Source: Basidiobolus ranarum (taxonomy: Eukaryota). Taken from it: a DNA stretch of 34,111 nt. The first letter of the stretch is position 1. Each line of letters starts with the position of its first letter. The notes under the pieces were generated by a model. It worked only from the letters and a program-made list of their open reading frames with translations, was not told the DNA's origin and did no database searches. The stretch lies in NCBI GenBank assembly GCA_040143965.1, contig JASJQH010000068.1, positions 1 through 34,111 on the forward strand. Reading direction: 5' to 3'. Below are positions 22,030 through 33,654 of this stretch, piece by piece. Both the position numbers and the translations under genes were made by a program.

Positions 22030-23338
22030 TTAAATAAGTCCACATTGTTCCAGATTCCTTTGAACTAAAATGTCGTTCACTGCTGACATTACAAATTTGA
22101 TTTGCTTAGTATCGGTGGCACATGTAAGATGCGAATAGATCTGCTTATTATGTGAATGGTCCAACGCCGTGAATCGTTTGGTTATATATTCACAAGCCTT
22201 ATTATAGTTAGAGCCACCTGTAGGAAATCTTTTTAGTAGGTAGTAAGATCTAGATTTCCTAACTGAAGTAAAACTACCTTCATAGTCAGGGAAACATCTG
22301 TTCATCGGTGAACAGGACAGTTTTTTCTTGAAAATATCGATTTTGTTGAGGAAAAGTATGACTGAAGTTCTTACGAACCATCGCGAGTTACAAATAGAGT
22401 CGAATAAAGTTAGAGCCTCTTGCATTCGATTCTATCAATGGACAGTAGGTTATTTTTTTGAAATAATCCACCAGCAGTGTTATGCATACACAAAACTTGG
22501 AATTACCACTGTTTGGTCTTCAGCTAGCATTTGATCATATTCACTGATAGCTACTAAAAATATGATGGTGGTAACATTTTCAAAGCAGTGAATCCATTTT
22601 TTTCGTTCCGAACGTTGACCACCCACATCCAGCATTCGATAGGTGAGATTAGAAACTTTAAAGACTGTCTCTGTGATGCCTGTCGTCTTAATTCTGGATC
22701 GGAGAATATCCTGATCAGTGGGGACATAATCTGGTTTTGAAATACGCTCGAGTGCGTCAAAATAACTGACAAAAGGCAATTAGGGGAAGGGGCTTTTTGA
22801 GTTTACTAGAGTTTACACTTACTATTTAGCAGAGTCATTCAACTGATACTCTGACGACCTTTCGAAACAAGCCTGAATTCCAGAATCGTTCCAGAGAGAT
22901 AAGATGATGTCGAAGCTCTCGGGTGAGACGGGTTGTTCGAGGTCAATCACCAGATTTGTGACGTATTCCACAGCATTGGCACTTGTTTCATTGCCTAGTG
23001 GAATTTCCATATCTACCATAGCTGATAGTATCACTTTCATTGAATGAATGATATTGGAGGAGATGACATTTCGGTAAGACTGCCTCTCAGCTGGACTGTA
23101 TCCATGGTTATGGATCAGTTTCATTTGACGAAATATAGTGCTTTTGCCAGACTCACCAGCGCCTAAACAGATCCAATGGTTAGTTTGAACTGAGAAAGGA
23201 CTGTTTTAACCTAGATTCACCTAGCAGGAGCATCTTTATCTCGCTCTGTTGGGAGTGCTTATCTTTTTTAATTTGATTTTCGATCTCGCCATTCCTACGC
23301 TTCTCTTCCAAATTCTCGCGACTAATACAGCAGCCCAT
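22030..23338 (-). CDS. Heterotrimeric G protein alpha subunit (fungal group I, G-alpha-i-like), 5 exons
   Basis: Exons 23338-23221, 23162-22823, 22765-22507, 22431-22278, 22217-22030. Motifs MGCCIS (myristoylation), [32 protein letters not shown], and C-terminal CGLI. Confidence 0.95.
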
Positions 23339-24397
23339 CGGTTGGTAAGCTTTGTGGTGTGTCTGTTAGTACATATACTGTTTTAAAAGAATACGATGAC
23401 GAGCGAATTCTGGAAATACACAAATTTTGCGATGGATTTCCTGGTGTGCTATTTATATAGCTCTGTGTATAGATTTATTTATGTTAGCTATACTAAAGAT
23501 TTATTCTTGCTGTTGGTATAATGATATTCCAAACGGAAAAAGGGGCGGGTGCTAGTGCTCGACTTTCGGCACTATAGTGTTAATGCAGGGACGATAGAAT
23601 GAAGAATAGCCACCTCTCGATCCAACTTTATTTATTACCGCCATAATGAATGATTATAGCTGTGCATGGTACGGCTTTGGGGGTGTGGAGTATGATGCTG
23701 TAAAGGCAGGAAAAGGGGACCGTCCAAACCTGTTAGACAGGTAAATGGTTGAGTGAACTTTTAGGCAGGTTGATTATATATAGATTACAGTCAACATTCG
23801 AGTGTTTAATTCAAGTGAAAAGGAGGGTCAAACATTGGTTGATTTACATTAAACTTGAATCGAAGCCTAAGTAAAGCTCGTCTTCTAACGACGTCAAATA
23901 GAACTGACACGACTAGGTGAATCCAAACTGTCACGATTTCCTAGAATAGCTTAATAAACATCACTTATAGGCACTTCAATGCACTCTTAACCTTAACTTT
24001 AATCATTACAATGTTCTACATGATTTAGACCATCTTGCCTCTCGCATGCTCAAGCAGCATCAAATATTCATCACCCACATTCTGCTATGATCATTTGTCA
24101 ACTGTTAATCGGATTTGATAAGCAACAAGTAGATGTTAAACAGGCACTGTGATGTGTGAATATAAATGTGAGTTAAATTTGAAATGCGAAAAAGATCTGA
24201 CGGGGGGTTCAGCAATGATGGTAATTTGTTGAATTTTAATCATTTTTTGAGTGACTGAAATTACTATCCCCACTTTGATAAGCTGGGGAGAGAAAAAATC
24301 GTATGGTCAGCTCCGAGGTATAAATCACTTAGGCTAGGTAAAATGAAGCCCCCTCTTTACTCAACGGAATCTTCGATCCCTTCGTACGTCCGTTAAT

Positions 24398-25561
24398 ATG
24401 GTAAGCATTTTAATTATGTATCAGCATCACATGCTCTTATCATATATGGATGGATGCAAAATAAGACTGCTGTGGATGAGAGTACTTAAACTAACATTGT
24501 ATGTTATGTTTAGCCGTTCGTCAAGCTCGTCAAGAACAAGGCTTACTTCAAGCGTTTCCAAGTCAAATATAGAAGAAGAAGAGGTTGGTATCACTTTACT
24601 TACTTGATTAAAGGCTTTGTTCATGATGAAGTAGTGATAGTACAATGAATTCGAAACCTACCAACGAATGGCTATTCCACTTCTATCTGAACTTATCATA
24701 TCAATTTTAAACCGTTCTACATTCTAACTTCAATTCATTACAGAGGGAAAGACTGACTACTACGCCCGTAAGCGCCTTGTCGTCCAAGCTAAGAACAAGT
24801 ACAACTCTCCCAAGTACAGATTGGTCGTCCGTTTCACCAACACTGACGTTATCTGCCAAATCGTCTATGCTAAGATTCAAGGTGATTTCGTCTTGGCCTC
24901 TGCTTATTCTCATGAGTTGCCCAAGTTCGGTGTTAAGGTCGGTTTGACTAACTACCCCGCTGCTTACTGCACTGGTCTCCTTGTTGCTCGTCGTGTCTTG
25001 ACCAAGCTTGGTCTTGCCGATAAATACCAAGGTGTTGAAGAGGCTGATGGTACCATCTCCCTTGTTGAAGAACTTGATGATGCTCCTCGTCCTTTCAAGG
25101 CTTTCCTCGATGTTGGTTTGAAGCGCACTACCACTGGTTCCCGCGTCTTCGCTGCCCTCAAGGGTGCTTCCGATGGTGGTATCTTCATTCCTCACTCCGA
25201 GAACCGTTTCCCCGGTTATGATGCTGAGGGTAAGACTTTGGATTCCGAAGTTCTTCGTAGCTACATCTATGGTGGTCACGTTGCCGAATACATGAGCTAC
25301 CTCGCTGAAGATGATGAGGAGAAGTACAAGCGTCAATTCGCCAAGTACCTCGAAAACGGCCTCAATGAGGACAACGTTGAAGAGATGTACGAAGCTGCTC
25401 ACCAAAAGATCCGTGAGGATCCTTCCTTCACTCCTACCGAGAAGAAGAAGCCCGCTGCTGGTGAGAAGACCAAGCGTTACCACAAACTTAAGCTCAACCT
25501 CAAGCAACGTCGCAACAAGGTCGAGCAAAAGAAGGCCGCCTTCGCTCGTGCTCAAGAGTAA
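24398..25561 (+). CDS. RPL5: 60S ribosomal protein L5 (uL18), 3 coding exons
   Basis: Exons 24398-24400 (ATG only), 24514-24583, 24744-25561 give [36 protein letters not shown]...; strong highly-expressed codon bias. Confidence 0.98.
24619..24692 (+). ncRNA. Candidate intronic box C/D snoRNA in RPL5 intron 2
   Basis: Perfect box C ATGATGA (24623-24629) and box D CTGA (24687-24690), possible D' ATGA (24645-24648), complementary ends GTTCA/TGAAC; the host intron (160 nt) is much longer than most introns here. Confidence 0.55.
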
Positions 25562-26204
25562 ATTGTTTGATCGATTGAATTTGATTTTACCATTTCCAGT
25601 TTCTGAAAATAAAAAGCACCTATTTTTAGTTCCTATATATTTACATCTTGTGGTTTCTGGTTATATGGTTGTTGAGTTAGATAATAGGGGAACTAGTGGT
25701 CGACTCAGACAGATGATTTCTTCGGTGATTTACCTTTACCAACCCCTTAGTTGTTGCACCTGTTCTGACATCTGCGGAAGTAGGTAACTACCATGTCTGA
25801 TTGGTTCATTTAGGGGTTAGGGTTATATCAGATGATTGCTAACAACTTGGAATTGATGAGATATTTATTAGTGTGCATGATCAATTACTAAGATTTCGTT
25901 CGGTTTCTTTCAGTATGCAGGCTAAGGGATATGGATCGTTTGAGACAGTCATTGTGTAGATTTTGGTTGAATTAACTTTCTATGTGATATGTTGGTTTCA
26001 ATCAAGATGTTCAGTTAATCTTATGCTCAACTTTCTCGTCGTTCCTGCTTGTTAGAATAAGGGGTCAAGGGTCTGTCTCTGACAGTATATATACGCATTC
26101 CTGCTTCCTATTCTTGTCTACTCCTCAAACTTCCATTCTTATAGTAACTAGTCAACTCTTCCTGAGGTTAATCGTTCTTAGCATCTTCAACCATATCAAT
26201 CAAA

Positions 26205-27265
26205 ATGAATGCTCTGCTTGGAGTTAAGCTTGATATTAAACTATCTGAGGATTCTCTGATACTTCATGGGTCACGCAACGAATCGGTTGGTTCGGTGTTA
26301 CGCGGAACGGTAGTACTACAGCTCAAACGAGAAACTTGTGTAGACTATATCTCCCTGAAGTTAAAAGGAAAAGCGGAGACAATATGGCCTAGCAGTAAGT
26401 TTTATTAAAAAATTCATCGCATCTTCCTCAGAGTTATTAATCCTGCATTGATGTAGCATTTTTGGTGAGTGCGCTTTCCAGCTGCGAGCGACAAAATCTT
26501 GTACTTTACAACTGGAATTTCTTACCAGTCAATGGTGGCTCTTTCACATTGTCTCCTGGAGAACATGAATATCCCTTCGAATTTATCTTCAACGGATTCT
26601 TACCCGAGTCAGTTCGCATTAAGAATGGTCAAGTCAAGTATAAATTGGTGGCAGCTATAGGTCGCAGTGTATTAAAACCGAACCTTACATGCGAAAAAGA
26701 ATTGCTAGTTCGTCGCTTTACTCAGCCAAGTCTCCTCCACATCAACCAAAATTACCCTATTGTTGATTCGTGGGAAAATATGCTGGATTACACGGTGTTC
26801 ATCTCACATCGAATGATCTCCTTGTCAGATACGCTTTCAATATTCCTAACTTTCCTTCCTAAAGGACCAGATGTACGCGTTAAGAATGTCACATTCCTTC
26901 TTCTGGAGCAACTAACTTTGAGACGAACAAAAAGCAGCAAACACCAGGTAGACACTAGGTGGTTTAATCTTCAACCCAAACTTGAGGAGCCTCGTACCTC
27001 TTACAATCGCAGTTACACCATTCAGTTTCCTCAAGCAGATGTGGAGAAAATCCACTTTGACTGTAATACAGAGCTGATCGAAATCACCCACAAACTACAA
27101 GCTCGTGTAACCTTCTCCACTGGAAAATCTACCAATGCAATAGTGATCAAAGTTCCATTACACATAATGGCTGAATCACTGGAAAAGATTGGCGAGAGTC
27201 CACCACCTTATGATCATTTACCACTGGTAAGCTTCTCTTCATCGCCGCCACCTTACCTAGTTTAG
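26205..27265 (+). CDS. Alpha-arrestin (ART/Rsp5-adaptor-like), 2 exons
   Basis: Exons 26205-26394 and 26457-27265. Arrestin N-domain (SVLRGTVVL, PGEHEYPFEF..LPES..VKYKL), C-domain (IEITHKL) and two PPxY motifs (SPPPYD, SPPPYL). Confidence 0.88.
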
Positions 27266-27681
27266 TCATATGTGTGTATATAAGCAATTGCATTGGGTTT
27301 TGTCCATTTCCACTAATGTTAGCTTCATATTTGTTCTGGCATTGCATTCACTAATAAACTATAATAGTTTTATTGATATCGTATCTGGATTGTATCGGGA
27401 CTGTATTTGGTTGATAGTTGGCTTGTATGTAACAAACTTAACCCTAAAATATCTTGGGTGAATGATCTAGGTTGGTCAAAGGGCCTGGATTTACTGCTCA
27501 TGGTTTATTTCTATTAGCTGGAGAAAAGGGGATATCGATGGAAGATCTCCCTTCTGTACATGTAAATGGTAGAGGTAGTTCAGTGGAGTATGCCAAAAAG
27601 AACCAAAATTTAAAATGAATTAACTTGATGCAAAGATTAATCAAAGAATATATGTGAACTCCATTTGTGTGATCTCGGCTG

Positions 27682-28759
27682 TTAATCACCAGCCTTTCTC
27701 GGTCGGACATCATTCCGGATGGGGATTTTAAGCCCTTGTCTGGCAAATGCTTTTGAAAGCTCCGTAGATTCTAACTTTCTAGGTCAGAAAAATCGTCATG
27801 GTGCATCATGCTAAAAGGATAAATGCTTTACCTGTCATTCCTGGGAACTTTTTCGCCGAATAAACTGTGAATGGATCCGAGAAAGTCTGAGCTATTATAT
27901 CTGACTTTGCCTCAGATAAACAGTCATCACTAAACATATATTTGCTAATGATAAGCAACTGACGAGATACATCAAAAGGTTAAAACTTACCCTCCAAGCT
28001 TCATCAAAGAGAATTTAAGACAATATCTGCCCTCTGTTCTAATCGATAAATCGGGGAAGCAAAAGTAACACCCTTGCTCTCCTTCGGGGTTTTTCAAAAT
28101 ATTGGGTGAAGATACCAATGAACCCATCAGAACTCTAGTGCACTTTGGCGGGTTGCTGATGATATTTCTTTCTTCTGTTCCATCCTCCGACCAAAGTGTA
28201 ACGTGAAGAACAAAAAATGGATTCTGCAAGACACTAAAGTAACGTAGAGATATAGGTTACCATGCACGCTCAAAAGAGACACTCATCTATAATAAATAAA
28301 TACCCTGTGTCCATTCTTCCTTGTTGGTCGCGAACAATTAATTGAATGATAGGTGGGGGATCGATCGGGCGACGATCTTTTTCTCCAAAACCACACATTC
28401 TAGCGTGTAAAGGTTGTTGACATACGATAAGTTCGTACGTTCTATTATGAAATGGAAAAGGAAATTAAACTAAGTTTCATACCATAAACATAATGAAAGG
28501 TAAAGTTAAACTCTAACCTTGAATCAAGCTCCATATTTTGCGAAGCATTATGGCCATAATTGGGAGAGTATCCGGGATTGTTAGAGTTGCCGGCTCTATA
28601 AACCCCATTTTGGTATCCAAAAGGTGAATAGGCTGATTGTGCAGGTGCATTATCACGAGGAAACTCATTGAAACCCGGTTCACCTCTCTGAACGTGCCCG
28701 TCAGGTAAGGTTGGGTATTGTTGCGACTGACTTTGCCTGGGGTGACCCAGATGTTCCAT
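27682..28759 (-). CDS. Velvet-domain transcription factor, 5 exons
   Basis: Exons 28759-28518, 28441-28304, 28233-27991, 27929-27832, 27770-27682. Motifs [91 protein letters not shown]. Confidence 0.95.
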
Positions 28760-29690
28760 ACTCTTTAAATATTAACGTTAATAGAATAAGGATAGTTTAC
28801 TAGTAGGTTAAAGGTGGTTAGAAAATCAAGTCACTGAGGAGTTGAAAGGAGAAGGTATGAACATATAACTAAGACAAATCCTTCATCTTTTACACCATCG
28901 TTCGATCCACTTTGACCAACTTGATTGGGCTGACTACTTTACTAATAAATTGATCGCTTAGATACGCCATGAATCCTACCTGAATCCTACCTCCAACAAA
29001 TATAAATATGAACATATTTAGAAAACTTGGTATGCGTACTAATAATACTGATGGATTTCAATGGCGAATTTCAATAGCGGAATTTAATGGCGTAAGGGTT
29101 GATGCTATCGTCGTTTCCATTCTGTTGCCCATTTTGTTTCCCATTCCGACCAAGTCTCATATTGCTGCCATTTGAAGAAACACAGAGTCGATCATGTATC
29201 CCTCCTTGAGTATTCCAGATTACTCTTCGATGGATTCCAGATTACAGAATATCAGTCGAGTGGATATGCCAAGCCTAGCACTAGGATTGGTTGGCTAAAA
29301 GTTTTATCGCTTTTCTCATATATAAGCCTTGGCCAACATCATGTGTTTGTAAATGTTCTGGTCGGGATAATTCTCAATGAGATTGATTAAATTCATTTCA
29401 GCATGAGCCACAGAATATTGCTACTGGATATTGCTACAGGGCTGATCATTTGTTCGCTATTTGTTATTAATCTTGCCATTATTAACATTAACGTTGCTTA
29501 ATGATTGGACGATAAATACTTAAATTGCTAGAATCTCATTCTTATTTCCGTCCATAGTGTCAGATGGTGAGTTAGATGACTTGAGCCCGTAACTGTCGCA
29601 CTAATAAATACTGACCATGCGATTTTATCTTACTATCACACATTAGAGCTTCTCTGAATACTTTACGAGATATCCCGAACGAAAATTAAA

Positions 29691-30791
29691 ATGGAGGTTT
29701 ACACAATGAACGCCTCTATCTCCCCCGCGGTATTTCAACGCAACCCTCATTACACACCACCTTGTAATTGTAACAATATGCAACGTCTTTCTATTGAAAG
29801 TATGGAGGACTTATTTGATGGCGCTACCAAGACACACACTGAAGAGACAATACCTTCACAAGTACCAATATCCTTGGAGCAGAAACTCTTAGACAATCAC
29901 GAAATCAATTCCAGACTGTATTCTTTTCAAGCGTTGGCTAAAGCGATGAATTCTACTGTAGAGACTGATAAGAAGACAAAGCTAAGCAATAACTTGGCCA
30001 CTTTTTTGGATTCCCAAATAGTCAACCCTGATGTTATATCACCTCAACCAAACCATGTTACTTATGCTGGGGATACTGAACCTACCATCCACTCTCCTTT
30101 GATCATATCTGACCATTCCAAGCCTCTTGACTCAAGCCCCCATTCTGATGGTAACACTAACACGAACACACCTATATCTATGCCATGTCTGGCGTCCGCT
30201 CCATCTAGTTTGGAAAGCCCAAAAAGTATCCTAATGGGCGCATACCAGTCGGACATGTCTGACTTGAGTTCCGACAACCAAGAAAGCTTGCTGACTCCAA
30301 CTACTGAGAGATCATTTGCATCCCACATTATTATCGATAAAGCATCTATCCCAGGAATTAACATCGCACCTTCAGCATTTTTTAATAACTCTTACTTGAC
30401 CGATACTGACGACGAAACTAATAGCCAGAAATCCAAAGAGCCGATGTATTCACATACAAGCTCATCGCTTCTCAGTCCTCAAAATCCCTCAAACCGACGT
30501 TACTCTCACTCCCACTCTCTCCCTACCTCCACCTCAAATTCACCACGAATGAGTGAAATAGCTGGATCTAAATACATACCTTACGGTAGGACGAAAGGTA
30601 GAAGTCCACATGATGCCAAGAATGTAACACAAAGTGATCGCTCTAGCCGCATGTCTGCTATTGGTGAGATCGTAGGTGGAAGTATGAAGTATGGTTTTGG
30701 TAAATTATTACGTAAGAAGCGATGGCAAGAGGATGGAAAACACAGCCGAGATGAGGGTAAATGGAAATATGATCATTGTAGAATCCGCTGA
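29691..30791 (+). CDS. Hypothetical Ser/Pro-rich, probably disordered protein (366 aa)
   Basis: Long ORF in AT-rich DNA, good start context (aaaATGG), many SP sites, basic C-terminal patch (GKLLRKKRW); no recognised domain. Confidence 0.72.
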   Translation: MEVYTMNASISPAVFQRNPHYTPPCNCNNMQRLSIESMEDLFDGATKTHTEETIPSQVPISLEQKLLDNHEINSRLYSFQALAKAMNSTVETDKKTKLSNNLATFLDSQIVNPDVISPQPNHVTYAGDTEPTIHSPLIISDHSKPLDSSPHSDGNTNTNTPISMPCLASAPSSLESPKSILMGAYQSDMSDLSSDNQESLLTPTTERSFASHIIIDKASIPGINIAPSAFFNNSYLTDTDDETNSQKSKEPMYSHTSSSLLSPQNPSNRRYSHSHSLPTSTSNSPRMSEIAGSKYIPYGRTKGRSPHDAKNVTQSDRSSRMSAIGEIVGGSMKYGFGKLLRKKRWQEDGKHSRDEGKWKYDHCRIR

Positions 30792-31759
30792 ATGAATCCG
30801 TTCAGAGTTCATCCAGTCTGTGTCTAGACTTGCCCTGTGCTAAGCCCGTGCCATATACGCACTTCGAAATTAATGTTCTTATAAATGTAATTGTATATTA
30901 TCGTAATCTCTTTTTGTATATTCCATTGAAACCAACCATTGGTAAATAAAAGCTTACTTGAATATCCTGGATAATTATATGGATAGTAGCTGACTGGAAT
31001 ACCGGCAATAGAATAAAGTTAAACACTGCAGGAAGCAAGTAGATACGCAACTTCCAAAGTAGCCAAAACTGGATTAGTTTTTCATATGTTGACGAAGTAT
31101 GATCAGATATTGTATCGGACTCAATCATAACCTTAAAATATTCATTATCACCGGTTGTTAAGTAGTCACACTTCTTTTTTGGTTGAATAGTAGCAATTTA
31201 AATGAAGACAACAACCTGTCAAACATTGTTTGAAGCAACTTTGAATCAAGCTTTCTATTTCAAATGATTTACTTTGGAGTGCTAACCTCAGTGCATTACT
31301 ATTTTAATATGATAACACTTACGCTAAATAGTTTGCTATAGTCTACTACATTTAGCGAGAACCAGGGACAAACAATCAAACTTGGACTAACTATTTGCTA
31401 TGTGTATCTAGGATAAAGAACGTAAATAAAAGATCATTTTCCTTATTCAAGAGGCGTTTGCTGCCTGTTGTGTTAACAATAGGTGTGAAAATTAGGGGGG
31501 AGTAGGGTATGGGGTGCCAGGTATCTAAGATCTTTAAAAAATTAAGGCTAGGCTTTAAAACATATATATTAAAGCAAGCGCGTTAGTTTAAGGATAAAAT
31601 TTGTGAAAAAAAGATTTTTATACAGGTAAAAAAGATAGGTAGATTTAGTATAAAAGGTAGAAAAAGACCTTGGGGAGTAAGGAGATAGGGTAGTTAAGAC
31701 AAGGCTACTTTGCTATGAAAGGTTAAAAAGTAAGGTATAAAAGATCGCAAAACCCCATG

Positions 31760-32438
31760 TGTTAGAATTGGAAATATGTGGAGCATACGTTTCCAATTCT
31801 TAAGCCTAGCAAACCAAATCTCTACTGTAACATAGCAAACCTTTGCTATTCTGAAGACTCATATTAGTCCAGATCTGCTCTGCTAATATCTCCTGCTTAA
31901 ATAATTCGAAGACTCTGTGCTTAACTGTCTCGCTAGTTGAGTAAATTTCAAGACTTTTTATCACTTTTCTCTTGGATATAAGTATATTCGATGATTCCAC
32001 CACCAAACCTTTATCTGTTACATGTCTTTTCTATTTCTAGCTATTTAATCATATGCTATCTCTATCAGAATTAGCAATTCATTCTCCTAGCACAGACTAA
32101 CTCTTTTTGCTATCAGCAGTCTTGGTGTACCCACTTGCTCTGTTCAGTTTAGTGTTTTCCTCAACAAAAACTATCTTTCCATTCACTACTCAATGTCTCT
32201 GAGTTGCTTTAATAGCACTGTTCTGGCTTTCACTATTACTACTAGTCATCTGGCTCCCTCAGAACACCAAGTCTAGCTGCATAACAAGGTGCCATTTTTG
32301 CATAACATTCGCAAGATTTATATTAGCTCAGATCTGCACTGCTAATATCTCTAGCTTACACAGTACTAAGACTCCGAACAAAGCTACTTTGGTTTAGTAA
32401 TATTTAAGATTTTCATTGCTTTTCACTAGGATACAACA
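31760..32438. mobile_element. Putative solo LTR or TRIM-like insertion (679 bp)
   Basis: TGTT...AACA termini flanked by CCATG (31755-31759) and CCATT (32439-32443), a 4/5 TSD match; internal imperfect ~115-bp direct repeat (31861-31980 vs 32321-32435). Confidence 0.55.
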
Positions 32439-33009
32439 CCATTTCCTGTATATCTAAGAAGGGGTTAGGCCAGAGTTATATTAGGGGCTTACACTAATTT
32501 TCAGAAAAGAAAAGGTTCAATTCCCAATATATATGTATCGAAGAAATAAACCATGACTTGTTGAAAACCTCTATGATGTGTATCTATGTTATTCTCGGAA
32601 ATACCAGTTATTGAATTTTGAAACATGCACTAAGCAAGTAATACAACTGAGAAACATACAGAATGTATTAAGCACCAAGTTAACAAGAATTTAGTTGGAT
32701 GAACAACATGAATATATCACGATGATTTTCCCTTATATTGTTAGCAGCAAGTCTAATATCACAAGTATTGAAAACTGCAATCATATACCCAAGTAAGGGT
32801 TAGGACCGGGATCCACTTATTTTTCATGAAAATATTCTACTATAGGAAATTTAAATATTATCAAAATCAAAAATGAAACATTGATATTATGTTATTTCAG
32901 ATAAATTATGCCTTTCTAACTTTTATTATCCTATTTGTACTTCTATATGATACTATACTTATTTTGATTTGTAACCATATTACTTCGAAATATCTATAAT
33001 TGTTAACAA

Positions 33010-33196
33010 AACATGGTATTATCCTGAAATACAGCCATTAAACATAGTATTGTCCTGCAACACAGCTCGTAAACATGGTATTGTCTCATAATGCAGCTTG
33101 TAAGCATAGTATTGTCCTGTGACGCAGCTCGAAAACACGTAATTGTCTTGTAACGCTAGTCCGAAAACATGTTGTGGCCCTGTAACACAGCTCACA
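33010..33196. repeat. Degenerate minisatellite, ~6 copies of a ~31-bp unit (aacatrgtattgtcctgyaacacagctcgta)
   Basis: Six consecutive imperfect units are visible, followed by looser tcagagactca repeats up to about 33405. Confidence 0.85.
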
Positions 33197-33654
33197 ATGC
33201 TCATAAGTTTTGAGAGACCGATGATACTCAGACATCCTTGGAGGTTTATGTTGCTCTCAAGTCATCAGTAACTCACGATCCTGGTAGATCCTCAGGTATT
33301 TGTAACATTAACAGGTCTTCAGAGACTCACAAAACTTACAAGCGTTCAGAGACTCATGATGCCTACTGAGCCTAATCATATTCACAAATTTTCAGAGACT
33401 CACAGTTCGGCAGATAATATACTCTTTGATCTACTTCCACAGTTTTTATCACATCAGGTAGAAAGGAATTCAGCATAAGCAGGTCATGCTCTTTTCGATT
33501 CTAATCAGTTTAAACAAAAATTATATCCACCTTCTTATATCCGCTTTTGCAGTTTCCTTCACCTGAAGAACACTTCAATATGTTTAGTTTGATGGTTTGT
33601 GATTTATTCTAAAGTTTGTGTGATATGAGATGTATACATAAAGAGAAAATACGC

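Noticed and set aside
24707-25555. 282-aa antisense ORF
   Set aside because: Shadow of RPL5; strong codon bias removes stops on the opposite strand.
25311-25787. 158-aa ORF overlapping the RPL5 3' end
   Set aside because: Alternative-frame shadow running into the 3' UTR with no independent support.
33010-33196. CRISPR-like ~31-bp periodicity and a 61-aa ORF
   Set aside because: Degenerate tandem repeat with no spacers; the ORF is a by-product of the repeat.
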